48,234 bases of DNA from Aquificota bacterium (GCA_013154305.1 JAADCT010000005.1:1-48234), one strand, 5' to 3'; positions 18,831 to 30,385 are shown, counted from the first letter of the stretch. Numbers and translations are program-made. The notes: a model not told the origin generated them from the sequence alone.

Positions 18831-19667
18831 ATGGACAAACTGGTGCAAACGGCCGACGGAAGCCCCACCCTTTGGAGCGGCGAGTTCGGGGAGAGCTACC
18901 ACAGCGTCAGCGCCGGGGCCTTGGAGGAGGCCCTGAAAAAGTTTTTGCTGCCGTCGCACCTGCCCTTTTTGGTTCGGGAAAGGGACGGCGTTTCCCTCCT
19001 CGAGGTGGGTTTCGGGCTGGGCTACAACCTGACGGTGACGGCCGTCGAACTTTTAAAGGTCAATCCATCGGTTCGCGTCCGGTATTGGGGTCTGGAGCGG
19101 TCGCTGAGTCCCCTCCTTTGGGAGCTGCGCCTTCCTCCCCCTTACGGGGAGTTTTACGAACTTCTCAAGGAAAACCTGAAAAGGGGAAAAGAGCGCTTTC
19201 GAATCGGACCGGTGGAGGTGAACCTCCTTTTCGGCGACGCCCGCAGGGAGGTCGTAAGGGTGGAGGAGACCGTCGACGCGGTCTACCACGACGCCTTTTC
19301 CCCCAAGAGGAACGCCGAGCTTTGGACGCTCCAGTTTTTGGAAAAGCTTAAGGAGCGGTTGAGGCCCGAGGGATTTTGGGTCAGCTACTCGGCCGCCCTG
19401 CCCGTAAGGAGGGCGCTGGCCGTTTTGGGGTTTGAGGTCTTTAGCACCGAACCGGTGGGTCGGCGCTCGCCGGGAACGGCGGCAACCCTGCGGGGGCGGG
19501 CGGTTTGCGAAAGGGTTCGCCCCCTCTCGGAAAAAGAGAGGAGGAAACTGGAAACCTCCCCGAGGGCGGTTCCGCTGGAGGACCCCTGTCTGTGCCTGCC
19601 GAGGGAGGTAATTTGGGAAAACTACCTCAGGAGGGTTTCGGAGCGGGAAGGGAAACCCCTAGGGTAA
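18831..19667 (+). CDS. mnmC: Stand-alone MnmC2-type (DUF752) SAM-dependent tRNA methyltransferase
   Basis: MDKLVQTADGSPTLWSGEFGESYHSVSGALEE...LLEVGFGLGYN...VDAVYHDAFSPKRNAELWT matches the methyltransferase half of MnmC. There is no FAD oxidoreductase half. I chose the ATG at 18831, which has GAGG upstream. Confidence 0.8.
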   Translation: MDKLVQTADGSPTLWSGEFGESYHSVSAGALEEALKKFLLPSHLPFLVRERDGVSLLEVGFGLGYNLTVTAVELLKVNPSVRVRYWGLERSLSPLLWELRLPPPYGEFYELLKENLKRGKERFRIGPVEVNLLFGDARREVVRVEETVDAVYHDAFSPKRNAELWTLQFLEKLKERLRPEGFWVSYSAALPVRRALAVLGFEVFSTEPVGRRSPGTAATLRGRAVCERVRPLSEKERRKLETSPRAVPLEDPCLCLPREVIWENYLRRVSEREGKPLG

Positions 19668-19692
19668 GCTTAAATCTTTTTAGCGAGGAGCG

Positions 19693-20934
19693 ATGGAAAA
19701 GGAGCGGTTCGAGTTTCCCCGCATAAGGAGGCTTCCCGAATACGTATTCGAACACGTGAATAAGATAAAGTACCAGCTCCGCCGCGAGGGAAAGGACATA
19801 GTCGACTTCGGAATGGGAAATCCCGACATTCCGCCGCCGCCCCACGTAATCGAAAAGCTTTGCGAGGTGGCGCGGAAGAAAAACGTTCACGGCTATTCCT
19901 CCTCCCGGGGTATTCCCCGCCTGCGGCGGGCCATCGCCAACTTCTACGAGAGGCGCTTCGGCGTTTCCCTCGACCCGGAAAACGAGGTGATTTTGACCAT
20001 CGGCGCAAAGGAGGGTTACTCGCACCTGATGCTGGCGATGCTGACGCCGGGCGACGTCGCCATCGTTCCCACCCCCACCTATCCGATACACTACTACGCG
20101 CCCATTATCGTCGGCGCCGACGTTAGGGCCCTGCCGCTGCCGATGGAGCTCGAAGGGGAGGAGTTTTTTGAGGAGTTTATGAGGCGCCTCTACGACACCT
20201 ACAACTCCTCGCTTCCGGCGCCGAAGGTGTTGGTTTTGAGCTTTCCCCACAATCCGACGACGCTGACGGTTACCAAGGAGTTTTTCGAGGAGGTCGTAAA
20301 GTTTGCCAAAAAGAACGAGCTTTGGGTGGTCCACGACAACGCTTACGCCGACATCTACTTCGACGACTACGTTCCGCCCTCCATTTTGGAGGTCGACGGG
20401 GCCAAGGACGTGGCGGTAGAGCTCTATTCGCTCTCAAAGAGCTTTTCGATGGCCGGCTGGAGGGTCGCCTTCGCCCTCGGCAACCCGGTTTTGATTAAAA
20501 ACCTGCAGAGGTTAAAGAGCTACCTCGACTACGGCGTCTTTACGCCCATACAGGTGGCGGCCATAGTGGCCCTCGAAAGCGACTACTCGGTCGTTCGGAA
20601 CATCGCCAAGGTCTACGAAAAGAGGAGAAACCACCTGGTCGACGGTCTCAACCGCCTCGGCTGGAGCGTTAAAAAGCCGAAGGCCACCATGTTCGTGTGG
20701 GCCAAAATTCCCGACTTCTTTACCGAAAGGATGAAGATGAACTCGCTGGAGTTTTCCAAGTTCCTGCTCTACGAGGCGGGGGTGGCGGTGGCCCCGGGCG
20801 TCGGTTTCGGAAAGCACGGCGAGGGATGGGTGCGCTTTGCGCTGGTGGAAAACGAGATGAGGATTAAGCAGGCGGTCAGGGGCATCCGCCGCGCCTTCAG
20901 AAAGGTCGGCTTTTACGACGGCGGGGGCTCTTAG
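19693..20934 (+). CDS. alaC: Class I PLP aminotransferase, AlaC-like (glutamate-pyruvate aminotransferase)
   Basis: It is collinear with E. coli AlaC/YfdZ: [51 protein letters not shown] and VRFALVENE. Confidence 0.88.
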   Translation: MEKERFEFPRIRRLPEYVFEHVNKIKYQLRREGKDIVDFGMGNPDIPPPPHVIEKLCEVARKKNVHGYSSSRGIPRLRRAIANFYERRFGVSLDPENEVILTIGAKEGYSHLMLAMLTPGDVAIVPTPTYPIHYYAPIIVGADVRALPLPMELEGEEFFEEFMRRLYDTYNSSLPAPKVLVLSFPHNPTTLTVTKEFFEEVVKFAKKNELWVVHDNAYADIYFDDYVPPSILEVDGAKDVAVELYSLSKSFSMAGWRVAFALGNPVLIKNLQRLKSYLDYGVFTPIQVAAIVALESDYSVVRNIAKVYEKRRNHLVDGLNRLGWSVKKPKATMFVWAKIPDFFTERMKMNSLEFSKFLLYEAGVAVAPGVGFGKHGEGWVRFALVENEMRIKQAVRGIRRAFRKVGFYDGGGS

Positions 20935-20937
20935 GAA

Positions 20938-21669
20938 ATGCTCGAGGCCAGAAATCTGGTCAAGTTTTACGGGGAGACGCAGGTCCTCAAAGGGGTTTCC
21001 CTTTTCGTCCGAAAGGGGGAAATAGTCGGTCTTTTGGGCGGCAACGGCGCCGGGAAGACGACCACCTTCCGCTGTCTGATAGGTTTCGAAAGGCCCGACG
21101 CGGGGAAGGTTCTCCTCGACGGGCGCGACATTACCGACCTCAAGCCCTACGAGCGGGCCCGGCTGGGGCTTTCCTTCCTTCCCCAGGAGCCCTCGGTCTT
21201 TCCCGACCTGACCGTTTTTGAAAACGTCTTTATGTTCGCCGAGCTGATACATCCCGACCGCGAGAGGGCCCGCGTGCGGACGCTGGACCTCCTTAAGGAC
21301 TTCGGCCTTTACCACCTGAAGGACCGAAAGGCCAAGTACCTTTCGGGGGGAGAGAGGAGGCGTTTGGAAATTGCCCGCCTCTTTTTGGGAAAGCCCAAGT
21401 ACCTGCTCCTGGACGAACCCTTTGCGGGGGTGGACCCCAAACACGTTCAGGAGCTCCGGCGGCTCATTGCGGGTCTCGGCCGCCAGGCCGAGCTCTTTCA
21501 CAACATAGGGATTTTGATAACCGACCACAACGTGGGGGAAACGCTCAAGCTCGTTCACCGCGTTTACATCATCGACGAGGGGACGATAATTTTCGAGGGC
21601 CTGCCGGAGGAGGCGGTCCGCCACCCGGAGGTCCGCAGAAAGTTCCTAGGCGAGGAATTCACCCTCTGA
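20938..21669 (+). CDS. lptB: LPS export ABC transporter ATP-binding protein
   Basis: Walker A GGNGAGKTTTF, LptB-type signature LSGGERRRLEIARLF and Walker B LLLDEPFAGVDP. Confidence 0.9.
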   Translation: MLEARNLVKFYGETQVLKGVSLFVRKGEIVGLLGGNGAGKTTTFRCLIGFERPDAGKVLLDGRDITDLKPYERARLGLSFLPQEPSVFPDLTVFENVFMFAELIHPDRERARVRTLDLLKDFGLYHLKDRKAKYLSGGERRRLEIARLFLGKPKYLLLDEPFAGVDPKHVQELRRLIAGLGRQAELFHNIGILITDHNVGETLKLVHRVYIIDEGTIIFEGLPEEAVRHPEVRRKFLGEEFTL

Positions 21670-21727
21670 GGAAATCCCGATTTCGGACTCCCTTCGGGGA
21701 GAAAGCGTTTTAAGGTTTATACCCTTA

Positions 21728-22390
21728 ATGATACCGATTAGGGACCTAAACCCGTCGAGGCGGTTTGCGTTCGTCAACCTGGCCATTATTTTGACGTGCA
21801 TCGCCGTTTGGATTTACGAAATTACGCTGCCGCCGCCGCTTTTGGACGCCTTTATTTACACCTACGGTTTCGTGCCGGCCGAGTTTTGGGAAAGACCCTG
21901 GACGCTCGTTACCCACATGTTCCTCCACGGTTCGTGGGCCCACATCATCGGAAACATGCTCTACCTTTGGGTCTTCGGCGACAACGTCGAGGACCGCCTC
22001 GGCCACCTGAGGTACTTGGTCTTTTACGTTCTCAGCGGCATAGGGGCGGCCTTTATGCAGGCGGCGGTGGCCTTCGCCTTCGGAAATCCCTACATTCCCC
22101 TAATCGGAGCCTCGGGCGCAATTTCGGGCGTTTTGGGAGCCTACATGTACTACTTTCCCAACGCCCGCGTTTTGGGACTGGTTCCCGTCTTTATCTTTTT
22201 GATTCCGGTAGAGTGGCCGGCGGCCGTCTTTATAGGTCTTTGGTTCCTCTACCAGATAATCAACGGTATTCTCTTTTTGCCCTTCGTCCACATGGGAGGT
22301 GTGGCGTGGTTTGCCCACATCGGCGGTTTCATAATCGGATACTTCCTGGCCCAGCTGTGGGACGACCGCCGCGGCGGTAAAATTGATTAG
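21728..22390 (+). CDS. Rhomboid-family intramembrane serine protease
   Basis: HMFLHGSWAHIIGNMLYLWVFGDNVEDRLG, the catalytic GASGAISGVLGAY, and AHIGGF near the C-terminus. Confidence 0.9.
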   Translation: MIPIRDLNPSRRFAFVNLAIILTCIAVWIYEITLPPPLLDAFIYTYGFVPAEFWERPWTLVTHMFLHGSWAHIIGNMLYLWVFGDNVEDRLGHLRYLVFYVLSGIGAAFMQAAVAFAFGNPYIPLIGASGAISGVLGAYMYYFPNARVLGLVPVFIFLIPVEWPAAVFIGLWFLYQIINGILFLPFVHMGGVAWFAHIGGFIIGYFLAQLWDDRRGGKID

Positions 22391-22395
22391 CCGAG

Positions 22396-22986
22396 GTGAG
22401 CGCCCTGGTAAAGAACCTCAAGCCCCTTTGGGAGCAGCTTACCCTCCCCTTCGTAAACCTTTTGGGGCGGCTCAGGGTCCATCCCAACGCCGTTTCGGCC
22501 GCGGGGCTTCTCTTTTCCCTCCTTTCGGCCCCCGTTTTGGCGCAGGGACAGTTTTTTTGGGGCGGACTGCTGGTTTTACTGGGGGGCATTTGCGACGCCC
22601 TCGACGGGCACCTGGCGCGGCAAACGGGCCGAACGAGCCCCTTCGGCGCCCTGCTCGACTCGACCCTCGACCGCCTGGCCGACTTTTTCCCGCTGATGGG
22701 TCTGGCCCTCCACTTTGCCCCCGACCGCTTTTGGCTTTCGGTGGTTTTGCTCAACGTAGCCTTTTGGTTTTTGGTCAGCTACGTAAAGGCCCGGCTCGAG
22801 GGCCTCGGCGTAAAGGAGAGGGTTGGCGGTCTGTTTGAGAGGCCCGAAAGGGTTGCCGTTTTGACCCTCTTTTTGCTCCTCGGCCTGCCGGAGGCCGGGC
22901 TGGTTTTAACGCTGCTGGGTTCGGCCTTCACCTTCGCCCAGAGGCTTTACCTGGGCTACAGGCTCCTTCAGCGGCCCAAAAGGTAG
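22396..22986 (+). CDS. CDP-alcohol phosphatidyltransferase family protein
   Basis: The D(x2)DG(x2)AR...G(x3)D(x3)D motif is present as CDALDGHLARQTGRTSPFGALLDSTLDRLAD. GTG start; multi-TM protein. Confidence 0.85.
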   Translation: MSALVKNLKPLWEQLTLPFVNLLGRLRVHPNAVSAAGLLFSLLSAPVLAQGQFFWGGLLVLLGGICDALDGHLARQTGRTSPFGALLDSTLDRLADFFPLMGLALHFAPDRFWLSVVLLNVAFWFLVSYVKARLEGLGVKERVGGLFERPERVAVLTLFLLLGLPEAGLVLTLLGSAFTFAQRLYLGYRLLQRPKR

Positions 22987-24212
22987 TCCAGCGCCGCTTT
23001 AAGCTTGGCCCACTCGTAGAGGGCCTCTTCCCGCTCGGCCAGGGCGTCGAAGTATAGGGCCTGGGCCTTCAGGAGGTCGTAGACGCTGCCCTTTCCGGCC
23101 TCGTAGCGGGTCTTTTCGACCTCGTAGGCCCTTTCCGCGTGGCGGAGCTTTTCCGCCGCCGCTTTTATAATCTCCAGCTGCGCGTTCAGACCGGCGACGA
23201 GGGAGTAAAAGGATTCCAAAACGGCGTTTTTCGTTTCGGCCTCCGTCAGGCGCACCTTTTTCTCCTCGTGGAGGGCGCGGCGGTAGGTAAAGTAGCGCCG
23301 GCCGAAGTCAAAGAGCGGCATCGAGGCCGTTATCGCGTAGCTCCAGTCGCGCGTTTTCGTTCCGTCGTAGGAGTACGTCAGGTTTTGATAGACGAAGTCC
23401 ACTTTGGGAAGGAAGTCGGTAAAGGCCGCGCGGCGGTATTCCCGCGCCGCCCTTTCCCTCCCCCTGACGAGCCGAAGTTCGGGGTTGGCCCTTAAAAGGT
23501 CGGGAAGGAGCCTTTGCGCCTCCACGGGGGCGGGTTTTACCTCCACCTTTTGGGGTAGGGAGGGCAATTTTTCCACGCCGAGGAGCCTTTTAAGCCTTTC
23601 GAGGGTCGCCCTTAGCCGCGCCGAAAGGGCGGCCTCCTGCCCCCTTACCGCCTCCAGTTCCGCCCTAACCTGAAGGAGGTCGACCAGCGGAAACTTTCCC
23701 GTTTCGTAGCCCGTTTTTACCACCTCCAGGAGTTTTTCGGTCGCCTCCAGCCGTTTTTGGAGGGCCAAAAGGCGCGCCCGCGCCTTCAGATAGTCGAAGT
23801 AGGCCTCCTTTACGAGGCGGGCCAGCTCGCGGGCGGCCCGTTCGTAGTCGAGGCGGGCCAGCTCGGCCTCGGCCGCCTTGGCGCGGATTAAAAAAAGCTG
23901 GCCGCAACCGTCAAAGAGGCGAACGCGGTATTGAAAACCGTAAATGCGAACCTGGTCGTCCCTTAGGAGGGGAAAGGAGCTTATGGGGGCCACCACCCGG
24001 GCGAACTTGTATTGGTTGTAGTTCCAAAGGAGGGAGAGTTCGCCAAAGCGCGCCGCCACCTGGGCCCGCAGGGCGTTTTCGGCGGCACCGATACCCTCGC
24101 GGTAGGCCGCCAGGGACGGATTGTTTTTGAGCGCCAGCTCGACGGCCTCCTTCGGCGTCAGCGAAAGGGCCAGCGTCGGAAGCAGGAGACCCGCCCACAG
24201 TTTAAACCTCAT
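22968..24212 (-). CDS. TolC-family outer membrane efflux protein
   Basis: Signal peptide MRFKLWAGLLLPTLALS followed by two long coiled-coil/beta repeat halves rich in A, L, E and R. It lies immediately downstream of an RND pump, overlapping it by 11 nt. Confidence 0.82.
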   Translation of the reverse strand: MRFKLWAGLLLPTLALSLTPKEAVELALKNNPSLAAYREGIGAAENALRAQVAARFGELSLLWNYNQYKFARVVAPISSFPLLRDDQVRIYGFQYRVRLFDGCGQLFLIRAKAAEAELARLDYERAARELARLVKEAYFDYLKARARLLALQKRLEATEKLLEVVKTGYETGKFPLVDLLQVRAELEAVRGQEAALSARLRATLERLKRLLGVEKLPSLPQKVEVKPAPVEAQRLLPDLLRANPELRLVRGRERAAREYRRAAFTDFLPKVDFVYQNLTYSYDGTKTRDWSYAITASMPLFDFGRRYFTYRRALHEEKKVRLTEAETKNAVLESFYSLVAGLNAQLEIIKAAAEKLRHAERAYEVEKTRYEAGKGSVYDLLKAQALYFDALAEREEALYEWAKLKAALDYLLGR

Positions 24213-27200
24213 TGGGATTACCTCCGAAGCGCTCCCTCAGTCGGTGAAAGAGGTAGTAAAACATCGGAACGTAAACGAGCGTCAAAAAGGTTCCCACCAA
24301 AAGGCCGCCGATGGCGACCCACGCCAGCGGGGCCAACCTCTCGAGGCCTATGGCCTTTTGCATCGCTATCGGTATCAATCCGGCGACGGTCGCAAAGGCC
24401 GTCATCAAAACCGGCCGGGTTCTTACGCGGACGGCCTCCACCACCGCCTTCTTGAGGTCGCCGAAGCGCCTTAGGTACTCCTCGGCAAAGTCTATGAGCA
24501 GTATGGCGTTGCGGATGATAATTCCCGAAACGAGGATAAGACCCATCATCGCGGGGGCGCAGCGGTGCTGGTTGCCAAAGAGCAAAAACCACATGCTTCC
24601 GACGGCCGCCAGTGGAATTGAAAGGATTATCGCAACGGGCGTCAGGAGCGATTCAAAGGCCACGACCAGAACGAAGTAGGCGAAAACGGCGCCCACCAAA
24701 AAGGCCACCGCCATTTTGGTCAGAGCCTCGTTCATCGTTCCGAATTCCCCCTTGTCGACCAGCTCGACGTGGGGCGGCAGGGTTTTGGCAAACTCGGCGT
24801 TAATTTTGTGGGCCTGGGCTATTACCAGCGACGACGGGGCCGTGTCCTTTTGGACCAAAACCTCCAGCGAGTACTTAAGGTCCTCGCGGGTAATCATCGG
24901 CGGCTTCGGTGCCACCTCCAACCTTCCGAGGGCCGAGAGGGGAACCGTTCCCCTTCGGGTCGATACGGGAAGCGACCGCAGGTCCTCGAGCGTTGCGCGG
25001 TCGGCGGGCGACAGCCTTACCACCACCGGCAGGGGCGTTTCGTTGGGAACGACGAAGGTGGAGGAAACCTTACCGCCGACGGCGGTGGCGATTTGGGCGG
25101 CCACCTCCGCCAGGCCCACACCGTAGTAGTTCATGCTCCTGAAGTCGGGAATGAATCGAACCTCCAAACTGTCGGGAACCCAAGAGAGCATCACCGAGGA
25201 GGCACCCTTAATGTCGAGGTAAAGGTAGTAGAGCTTTTCCCCGTAGGGGAAGAGTTCCCGATAGTCGTCCGAAAGGAGGACCGCGTCGACGGTGGCCTTA
25301 ATCGAGGAAAGGGGAGTCGAACCTTGGGCCACCAAAGAAATTTGCTTTACGCCCTCTATCGAACCGATTTTCCTCATCAGGCGGTGTTCGATTTGCCAAA
25401 TCGTTTCGTTCCTCTCAAAGCGGTTGGCGTAGGTCAAAACCAGCTTGGCCGTCTGGAGGCCGCCGCCTCCCCCCACGGTAATCACGCCCGGCTCGGTTCC
25501 GAAGGCCAGGTAGTACCTTTCGAGCTTCCTCTCCCTTTCCTCCTCCAAAATGCGGACAATTCGGTCGGCCACCTCCCTGACGCGGTGGTGGGGCAGGTCG
25601 GAGTCGAGCTGGACCGTTCCCAGCAGCACGCCGGTGTCCATCGGCGGCATCGTGTCCTTACCGAGGACGGGAACGACCACCTTCACCGACAGAAGGAGCA
25701 TCAAAACGACCGCCGCCAGGTAGAGGGGAAAAACCTTGGGCCTCTCGACGAAGTTTTGAACGAGGGCCACGTAGAGGTTCCTAATCGGGTCGACCAAAAC
25801 GGGGATGACGAAGCGCTCGACCAGGCGGTCGACGAAGGTCGGCTTAACCTCCCCCTTTCGGAACATAAAGGCCGCAAAGAGGGGCAAAAAGGTAACCGAA
25901 ACGAACCAGGAAACCCAAATGGCGATAATCAGCGTCGAAATGAGGTATTCGAAAACCTTTCCGGCGTAACCGCCGACGAAAAAGAGGGGAACCAAAACGG
26001 CCGTAATGGCCAAGGAACCGCCGGCCACCGCAAACATGACCTCCTTGGTTCCGTTTATCACCGCCTCCTTAACGCTCTCGACGCCGGCGGCTATGTGCCT
26101 TTCGATGTTTTCCAAAATGACGACGGCGTCGTCGGCCAGCATGGCCAGCGCCAAAATCAGACCCGTTTCGGAAACGATGTTAAATTCGATGTTCAAAAGC
26201 TTCATAATGCCGATGGAACCGACGTAGACGAGGGGTATGGAGAATATCACGCCCAGCGTCAGGCGGCTGTTGGCCAAAAAGAGGAACATCACCAAAAGGG
26301 TGAAAATCACCGCGTCGCGGAGGACCTCCAGCATGTTGTAGAAGGAGGTTTGGGTGATACCCTTAAGGCTGTCGGCAATCGTAATCTCCAGTTGGGGGTA
26401 ATCCCTTTGGAGCTCCGGAAGAAGTTTTTCAACCTCCTCTATCGTCTTCAGGTAGTCGCCGTTTTCGAGCCTTTGGACGGCCAGCGCTATCGCCTCCCGG
26501 CCGTTGGCGAAAAAAAAGCTCCTCGGCTCGGCGTAGGCAAACCTTACCTCCGCAACGTCCTTGAGCCGCAGCGAGGGCGTCAGCGGCAGGTTTTCAAGCT
26601 CTTTCAAACTTTCTGCCCTTCCCAAAAGCTTGACGGTAAGCTCGTCCTCCTCGCCTATCAGCAGGCCGACGGGAACGTTCCTGTTGGAGGCCAAAATTAC
26701 GCGTAGAACGAAGTCGGGCGTAAGACCGTATTCCTTAAGCTTTTGAAGGTCGAGTTCGATTCGGACCTCCTTTTGGTAGCCGCCGAAAACGTCGACGTTC
26801 CTAACGTGGGGCAGTCTCAGGAGGCGGTCCTTAATTTGGTTTTCGGCAATTTCCCTCGCGTCGGCCAGGGAAAGGGGCGAGCCCCGCTTCGGCGCCACCG
26901 CCAAAACTATCACCGGGGGCGTTGAGCTGTCCTTTTTAAAAACTATCGGAGGTAAGGCCCCTTCGGGGAGGGAAACCTTCTTTATCTCGTTTATAACGTC
27001 GAGGGCCGCAACGTTTATGTCCTTTCCGTATTCGAATTCGACGTCTATCGTCGAAACCCCGTCGAGGGAGGTGGAGGTAATCCTCCTCACGAGGGAAATC
27101 GTCTGAAGGCGCCTCTCGAGCGGAATGGTCACGTAGGTGGCCACCGTGTCGGCGTCGGCGCCGGGAAACTTGGTAACGACCACCACGTGGGGCCTCTCTA

Positions 27201-27318
27201 TGTCGGGAAAGAGTTTTTTCGGCAGCGTAAAGTAGCCGATTACGCCCAAAACCGTTAATATCGCAAAGACGGCGAAAAAGAGGTACTTTCGTCGAAAGAC
27301 GAACTCGACAAAAGACAT
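24202..27318 (-). CDS. RND-superfamily efflux transporter permease (AcrB/CzcA-like)
   Basis: 1038 aa with a 12-TM, two-large-periplasmic-loop layout. The N-terminus FVFRRKYLFFAVFAILTVLGVIGYFTLP, plus ADDAVVILENIERH and IDFAEE near the C-terminus, are typical of the family. Confidence 0.93.
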   Translation of the reverse strand: MSFVEFVFRRKYLFFAVFAILTVLGVIGYFTLPKKLFPDIERPHVVVVTKFPGADADTVATYVTIPLERRLQTISLVRRITSTSLDGVSTIDVEFEYGKDINVAALDVINEIKKVSLPEGALPPIVFKKDSSTPPVIVLAVAPKRGSPLSLADAREIAENQIKDRLLRLPHVRNVDVFGGYQKEVRIELDLQKLKEYGLTPDFVLRVILASNRNVPVGLLIGEEDELTVKLLGRAESLKELENLPLTPSLRLKDVAEVRFAYAEPRSFFFANGREAIALAVQRLENGDYLKTIEEVEKLLPELQRDYPQLEITIADSLKGITQTSFYNMLEVLRDAVIFTLLVMFLFLANSRLTLGVIFSIPLVYVGSIGIMKLLNIEFNIVSETGLILALAMLADDAVVILENIERHIAAGVESVKEAVINGTKEVMFAVAGGSLAITAVLVPLFFVGGYAGKVFEYLISTLIIAIWVSWFVSVTFLPLFAAFMFRKGEVKPTFVDRLVERFVIPVLVDPIRNLYVALVQNFVERPKVFPLYLAAVVLMLLLSVKVVVPVLGKDTMPPMDTGVLLGTVQLDSDLPHHRVREVADRIVRILEEERERKLERYYLAFGTEPGVITVGGGGGLQTAKLVLTYANRFERNETIWQIEHRLMRKIGSIEGVKQISLVAQGSTPLSSIKATVDAVLLSDDYRELFPYGEKLYYLYLDIKGASSVMLSWVPDSLEVRFIPDFRSMNYYGVGLAEVAAQIATAVGGKVSSTFVVPNETPLPVVVRLSPADRATLEDLRSLPVSTRRGTVPLSALGRLEVAPKPPMITREDLKYSLEVLVQKDTAPSSLVIAQAHKINAEFAKTLPPHVELVDKGEFGTMNEALTKMAVAFLVGAVFAYFVLVVAFESLLTPVAIILSIPLAAVGSMWFLLFGNQHRCAPAMMGLILVSGIIIRNAILLIDFAEEYLRRFGDLKKAVVEAVRVRTRPVLMTAFATVAGLIPIAMQKAIGLERLAPLAWVAIGGLLVGTFLTLVYVPMFYYLFHRLRERFGGNPNEV

Positions 27319-27394
27319 AGGTCGCTATTTTAAGGCCGCCCAAATTTCCTTTTTTGACCGCGTTATTGAAAAGGCGGGGTCCCGCAACGACAAT

Positions 27395-28521
27395 TTGCCC
27401 TTTATGAAGCGATACCTTTTGGTCGTAATCCTCGTTTTGGTCGCCTTTTTCGGCTACGGCCTTTACAAGGTAAAGGAGCGAAAGGAGGAGCTGAAAAAGT
27501 TGGGTAAACCCGTCGTGGTGCCCTACACCGTTTCGGCCGCTCCCGTTTTGAAGGGGAAGCTGGAGGTTTTTGAGCCCTTCAGGGCCTATTACGAGGCCGC
27601 CGACAAGGGCGTTTTGGCCTCCAAGGGCGGCGGACTGGTGGAAAAACTCTTGGTGAAAGAGGGCGACTCCTTTAGAGCCGGCGACCTGCTGGCGGTCGTC
27701 GACCCTACCGAGCTAAAAAGCAGGCTCGAGGCCGCCGAGGCAAAGCTCGAAGCCCTCAAGGCCGCCGCGCAAGCGGCCTTCGTCTACTACCAAATTCAGA
27801 AAAAGACTTACGAGCGCAATCTGAGGCTCTACGAGAGCGGCGGCCTCTCGCGGGAGGCCCTCGAAAACTCCGAGGCGGCCCTCGAGCAGGCCCGCGCCCA
27901 ATACGAAAACGCCGTGGCGCAGGTAAAGGCGACCGAGGCCGAAATTCAAAGCCTCCGGGAGACCGTCGAGAGGTATTCGAAAATCGTCGCCCCCTACGAC
28001 GGGAGGGTGGTGAAGCTCTACGCCCGCGAGGGGTCCTTCGTCGGACCGGGTCAACCCGTTTTGGGAATAGAGAAGGAGGGCGAATACCGCCTCCTGGTCC
28101 GCGTTCCCAAGGAAACCCCCGTCGGTGAAAAGGCCGTCTTGACCCTCGGCGGCAGGAAACTGGAGCTGACCGTCTCGAAGGTCCTTCCGGCGGCCGAAAA
28201 CGACCTCAAGTTGGTCGAGGTAAAGGTTCCCGAACTGCCCCTTCCCACCGAAAGCTTTTTAACCGTCGAGCTGCAAACGGGCGAGTGCGAGGGCTACCTG
28301 GTTCCCTTCGGCGCCGTTCTCTACCTCGAGGGGGGGACCTTCGTCGTCGACCCGACGCCGAAGGCCCATCCGGTCGAGGTTTTGGCCGTTTCTGGCCAAA
28401 GGGCCTGCGTCAGGGGAAACCTCGAGGGCGTTGAAAGGGTTTTGGTCGCCGGCCAATACCGCCTTCGGGAAATCGTCCTCCACAACTATCCGGTGAGGAT
28501 AAAACCCGCGGGGGAGGAAAA

Positions 28522-28525
<4 letters not shown>
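27395..28525 (+). CDS. Efflux RND periplasmic adaptor (membrane fusion protein, HlyD family)
   Basis: N-terminal anchor, lipoyl-like GDSFRAGDLLAVVDP, a coiled-coil hairpin (LEAAEAKLEALKAAAQ...) and APYDGRVVKLYAREGSFV. The real start may be the ATG at 27404. Confidence 0.85.
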
Positions 28526-29760
<1,235 letters not shown>

Positions 29761-29917
29761 TTCCAGCGGTCTCCTTTTTCGGTCGGGGAAGACTTTTTCC
29801 GCCTCGCGACGAGGAAGTTTCGGAAGAAACCTTCCCCGAAAAAGTCGAAACTAACAATCTACCACCGCGGCGGTTTCAAAAGGTGAGAAAGAGCACAAAA
29901 AGGGGCAAAAAGTTTTC

Positions 29918-30352
29918 CTACTCCTCCGTAATGTCCTCCCGCTCTATCCTTATGTCGGAGTAGTTTTCAAACCCGGAAGGTTCCATGTAGGTTCCGTAGA
30001 GCTGCTCGTATTCCTCGGCGCACTTGGCGCAGTAGCGCGTCCAGGGAATGGCGCAAAGGCGCTCTTCGGGAATTTCGACTCCGCAACCCTCACAGATGCC
30101 GTAGGTTCCGTTTTTAATCTTCTCCAGCGCGTAGTCGATTTCGCGCAGGATAAACATGTCGCGCTGCGACAGCTTGTCCAAGAGCTCTTCGGTGTAAGTC
30201 ATCTGGCCGAGGTCCTCCACGTCGGAGGGCTCCTTGTAGTCCTCGCTTATTCGCTCCTGGGTTTCCTGCTTGTGGATGTAGGCCTTGACGATTTTTTCGC
30301 GCTCCTCCTGGAGTTTCTTCTCGCACTCTTTGTAAAGCTGCTCTCTGTCCAT
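29918..30352 (-). CDS. DksA/TraR-family C4 zinc-finger protein
   Basis: CEGCGVEIPEERLCAIPWTRYCAKC is a CxxC-x17-CxxC finger that follows a coiled-coil region. I chose the ATG at 30350-30352, which has GGGAGG about 8 nt upstream. Confidence 0.82.
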   Translation of the reverse strand: MDREQLYKECEKKLQEEREKIVKAYIHKQETQERISEDYKEPSDVEDLGQMTYTEELLDKLSQRDMFILREIDYALEKIKNGTYGICEGCGVEIPEERLCAIPWTRYCAKCAEEYEQLYGTYMEPSGFENYSDIRIEREDITEE

Positions 30353-30385
30353 CCGCAACGCCTCCCGCCGTAAGAAGTCTAAGGA

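Noticed and set aside
24769-26706. Very long antisense ORFs mirror real genes. Examples: 645 aa opposite the RND pump; 2691-4106 opposite infB; 13713-15041 opposite the helicase; 30436-31875 opposite argS; 46191-47576 opposite the UT-M23 gene; 20512-21624 spanning alaC/lptB; 40178-40987 spanning the LVIVD/aroC junction.
   Set aside because: These are shadow frames. In the codon-aligned antisense frame, a stop arises only from the sense codons TTA, CTA and TCA, and this GC-rich genome rarely uses them. The translations are low-complexity (R/G/P/L-rich) and match no family, while the sense strands have unambiguous homology.
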